In this document: positions 61,601 to 64,000 of the stretch, in pieces
Numbering within the stretch: position 1 is the stretch's first letter
Layout of the letters: every line of letters begins with the position of its first letter
NCBI RefSeq assembly: GCF_963921235.1
Contig: NC_086097.1
Coordinates: 148,926,001-148,990,000, forward strand
Source: Mobula hypostoma
Lineage: Eukaryota
Direction: 5' to 3'
DNA length: 64,000 nucleotides
The notes under the pieces: model-generated
Seen by the model: the letters and a program-made list of their open reading frames with translations, nothing else
The model's database searches: none
What the model was told of the DNA's origin: nothing
Program-made: the position numbers and the translations under genes

Positions 61601-62944
61601 ACCTTCACAGTAATAGTTCATACATAGTAATAAAAATGAATTTACAAACATCCTGCCATTGAATACAATTTAAAATATCTCAAGTGATTGTGTGAAGCGA
61701 TATCAAGATTGTGAATAAAAGTAAAATTAACACAAGGAAGAGAGTAGCTTCTGAGGAAAATATAGATGTCAGAGTTAAGGTCTGTATTTACAGGTATACA
61801 AACTTATAAATAACAATTTTGGAACTAGGAGCACGAATTATAATGGCAGGCTTTGAAGTCATATCCTTCTGTTGAGGAAAACAAAAATGCATTGAATATG
61901 GCTATAAAACTTGTTGGAGAAATAGCGATAGAAAAAGATGAATAACCAATGAAAATATTTTCTTTCGTGATGCTCACTAACTGCCAATGAAAGTTCCTTG
62001 ATCTTCTAACATTAGTGCCGTAGAATTTCTCTTGATCATCTGATAGGGCTTATAGTCAGAAAGTCAGAACTCTTAAAGGTGAAATCTTCCCAGATGTTGC
62101 ACCTATGTCAAATGGGGATATCTTATGTTTTGAACTATGGTTTTAATTTGTGGAATGTTCAAATAATAAGGCCAGGTCAGTACGAGAACTGGGTAATGGA
62201 AAAAGGTGTTTTAATTTGATATATATGTTGTAAATACTGAACAGAGAATGAGAAAAATTATTGTAAATGCGTTAACAAGTTTTTGTTAGAGAAAAATTAA
62301 AAAGACAGGTAGTCTTCTCAATTAAGTGCACAACTGTCTCTTAAATTCCTCTTGTCTCTCCACCTCTTAGTCTGTGGCTGTATTTCCATAGCAAAAAAGT
62401 TTTATTTTTTTGGAAATAATTCCAAATTTAAGTAATCTGGTTTTGCTAAGTTTGAAAGAAGTCACACTAGAAGGTTTCAAAAGAACTGTGCCCTTGAGGT
62501 ATGATTAAAAGATAACATCAGGACACAGTACATATCAAATAAGGATACTTTGCAATAAAGCAAGACAGCAGGACAAAACATGTCAGACAGTGCTGTTATG
62601 TTAAAGCAAGACAGCAGGAAAAAGTGAGTCACAGGCATTGCAGACCAACCTGTTACATTAAAACATGCGTTGAAGTTTGCAAGTCACAGATGGACTAGTT
62701 AAACTAACAAAAGAGAAGGACAGCACACACCTCAGCAAGACTTCCTGGAATTACATGGGTCATCAGCAACATGGTAACTCAGACAAAGTAAAGTGTCCAG
62801 CAGTTTTCAAAAAATAAAGTCAACAAAGGTTGTAAGTAAGCACCTTAAGGAAGAGAATGAGCACAGATGAAGTGGTTTGGAAAGGGAATTTAAGAATTTT
62901 TGGTCTTGCTATTGTGAGGAAGCGAGAAATGCACATGCCAAAGG

Positions 62945-64000
62945 CTAAGACCATATGACATAAAAGCAGAATTAGGCCATTCGGCCCACCGAGTCTGCTG
63001 CTATTCCACCACGACTGATTTATTTTCCCTCTCAACCCCATTCTACTGCTTTCTCCCCATAACCTTTGACACCCTGACTAATCAATAACCAATTAGCCTT
63101 TGCTTTAAATATACTCAGTGACTTAGCCTCCGCACTCACCTGTGGCAATGAATTCCACAGATTCACCACCTTCTGTTTAAAGAAATTCCTTCTCATCTCT
63201 GTTCTAAATGGGTGTCTCTTTACTCTGAGGTTGTGCCTTCTGGTCCTAGATTCCACCACTATAGGAAACATCCGCTTCACATTGACTCTATGCCATTTGG
63301 AAAATAGTTTTACTTCTTCCACCAAAGTGTATGGTGATACACTTCCCCACACCATATTCCATCTGCCACTTCTTTGCTCATTCTCTCAATATGTCCAAGT
63401 CCTTCTACTTCCTCAACACTACCTGCCCCTCCACCTATCTTCATATCATCTTCAAACTTGTCCACAAAGCCATCAATTCTTTCATCCAAATCATTGACAT
63501 CTAATGTAAAAAAAAACACACCCCTTTTGAACAACACTAGTCACTGGCAGCAAATCCAAAAAGGATCCCTTTATTCCCACTCTTTCTCTTCTGCCAATCA
63601 GCTAATGCTCTATCCATACTAGTATCTTTCCTGTAATACCCTCGGCTCTTATCTTGTTTAGCAGTCTCACGTGTGACTCTTTATCAAAGGCCTTCTGAAA
63701 ATCCAATGATTTTCCTTTGTTTATCCTGCTTCTTGTTTCCTCAAAGAATTCCCAACAGATTGGTCAGGCAAGATTTTCCCCAAGGCTGACTTTGGCCTTT
63801 TTTTGTCAATCTTTTCAAGTAGCCCGAATCCGCTTCCTTAACAATCGACTCCAACATCTTCCCAGTCACTGAGTTTGGCTAACTGGCCTGTAATTTCCTT
63901 TCTTCTGCCTCCCTCCCTTCTTGAAGAGTGGAGTAACAATTTTTCAGCCCTCTGGAACCATGCCAGAAGCTAATGATTCTTGAAAGATTATTACTAATGC
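62945..64000 (-). mobile_element. Degenerate CR1 LINE 3' part, runs off the window
   Basis: RRNFFKQKVVNLWNSLP and KFEDDMKIGG in ORFs 63032..63537. Confidence 0.85.

Noticed and set aside
57013..64000. Second PLCG exon (expected to begin with a DIREIKEIR-like sequence)
   Set aside because: No such sequence found; intron 1 probably extends beyond the window

Overview
Vertebrate genomic DNA, most likely a cartilaginous fish (ray/shark; inferred from the CR1/Penelope/Rex1/RTE repeat mix). Host genes, both on +: the last eight coding exons of a type IB DNA topoisomerase (2335-22901; residues point to the TOP1MT lineage) and the first coding exon of a PLCG1-like phospholipase C-gamma (56793-57012). 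Most of the rest is transposable elements. The main feature is a decayed but fully bounded provirus at 31489-42327. It has two LTRs, a GTAGG target-site duplication, a tRNA-Pro-type PBS, a PPT, and remnants of gag, protease, RNase H and integrase, with no recognisable RT. Its env has a class I fusion (F-protein-like) layout rather than a gamma-type TM, which suggests a lokiretrovirus-like lineage. It also carries an unexplained ~1 kb coding-like segment between pol and env and an inverted duplicate of part of gag. The provirus sits in a four-level nest (Tigger-like MITE > Rex1 LINE > ERV > CR1). Penelope-like terminal repeats throughout the window carry minimal hammerhead ribozyme motifs. All family assignments come from motif recognition by eye; no searches were run.
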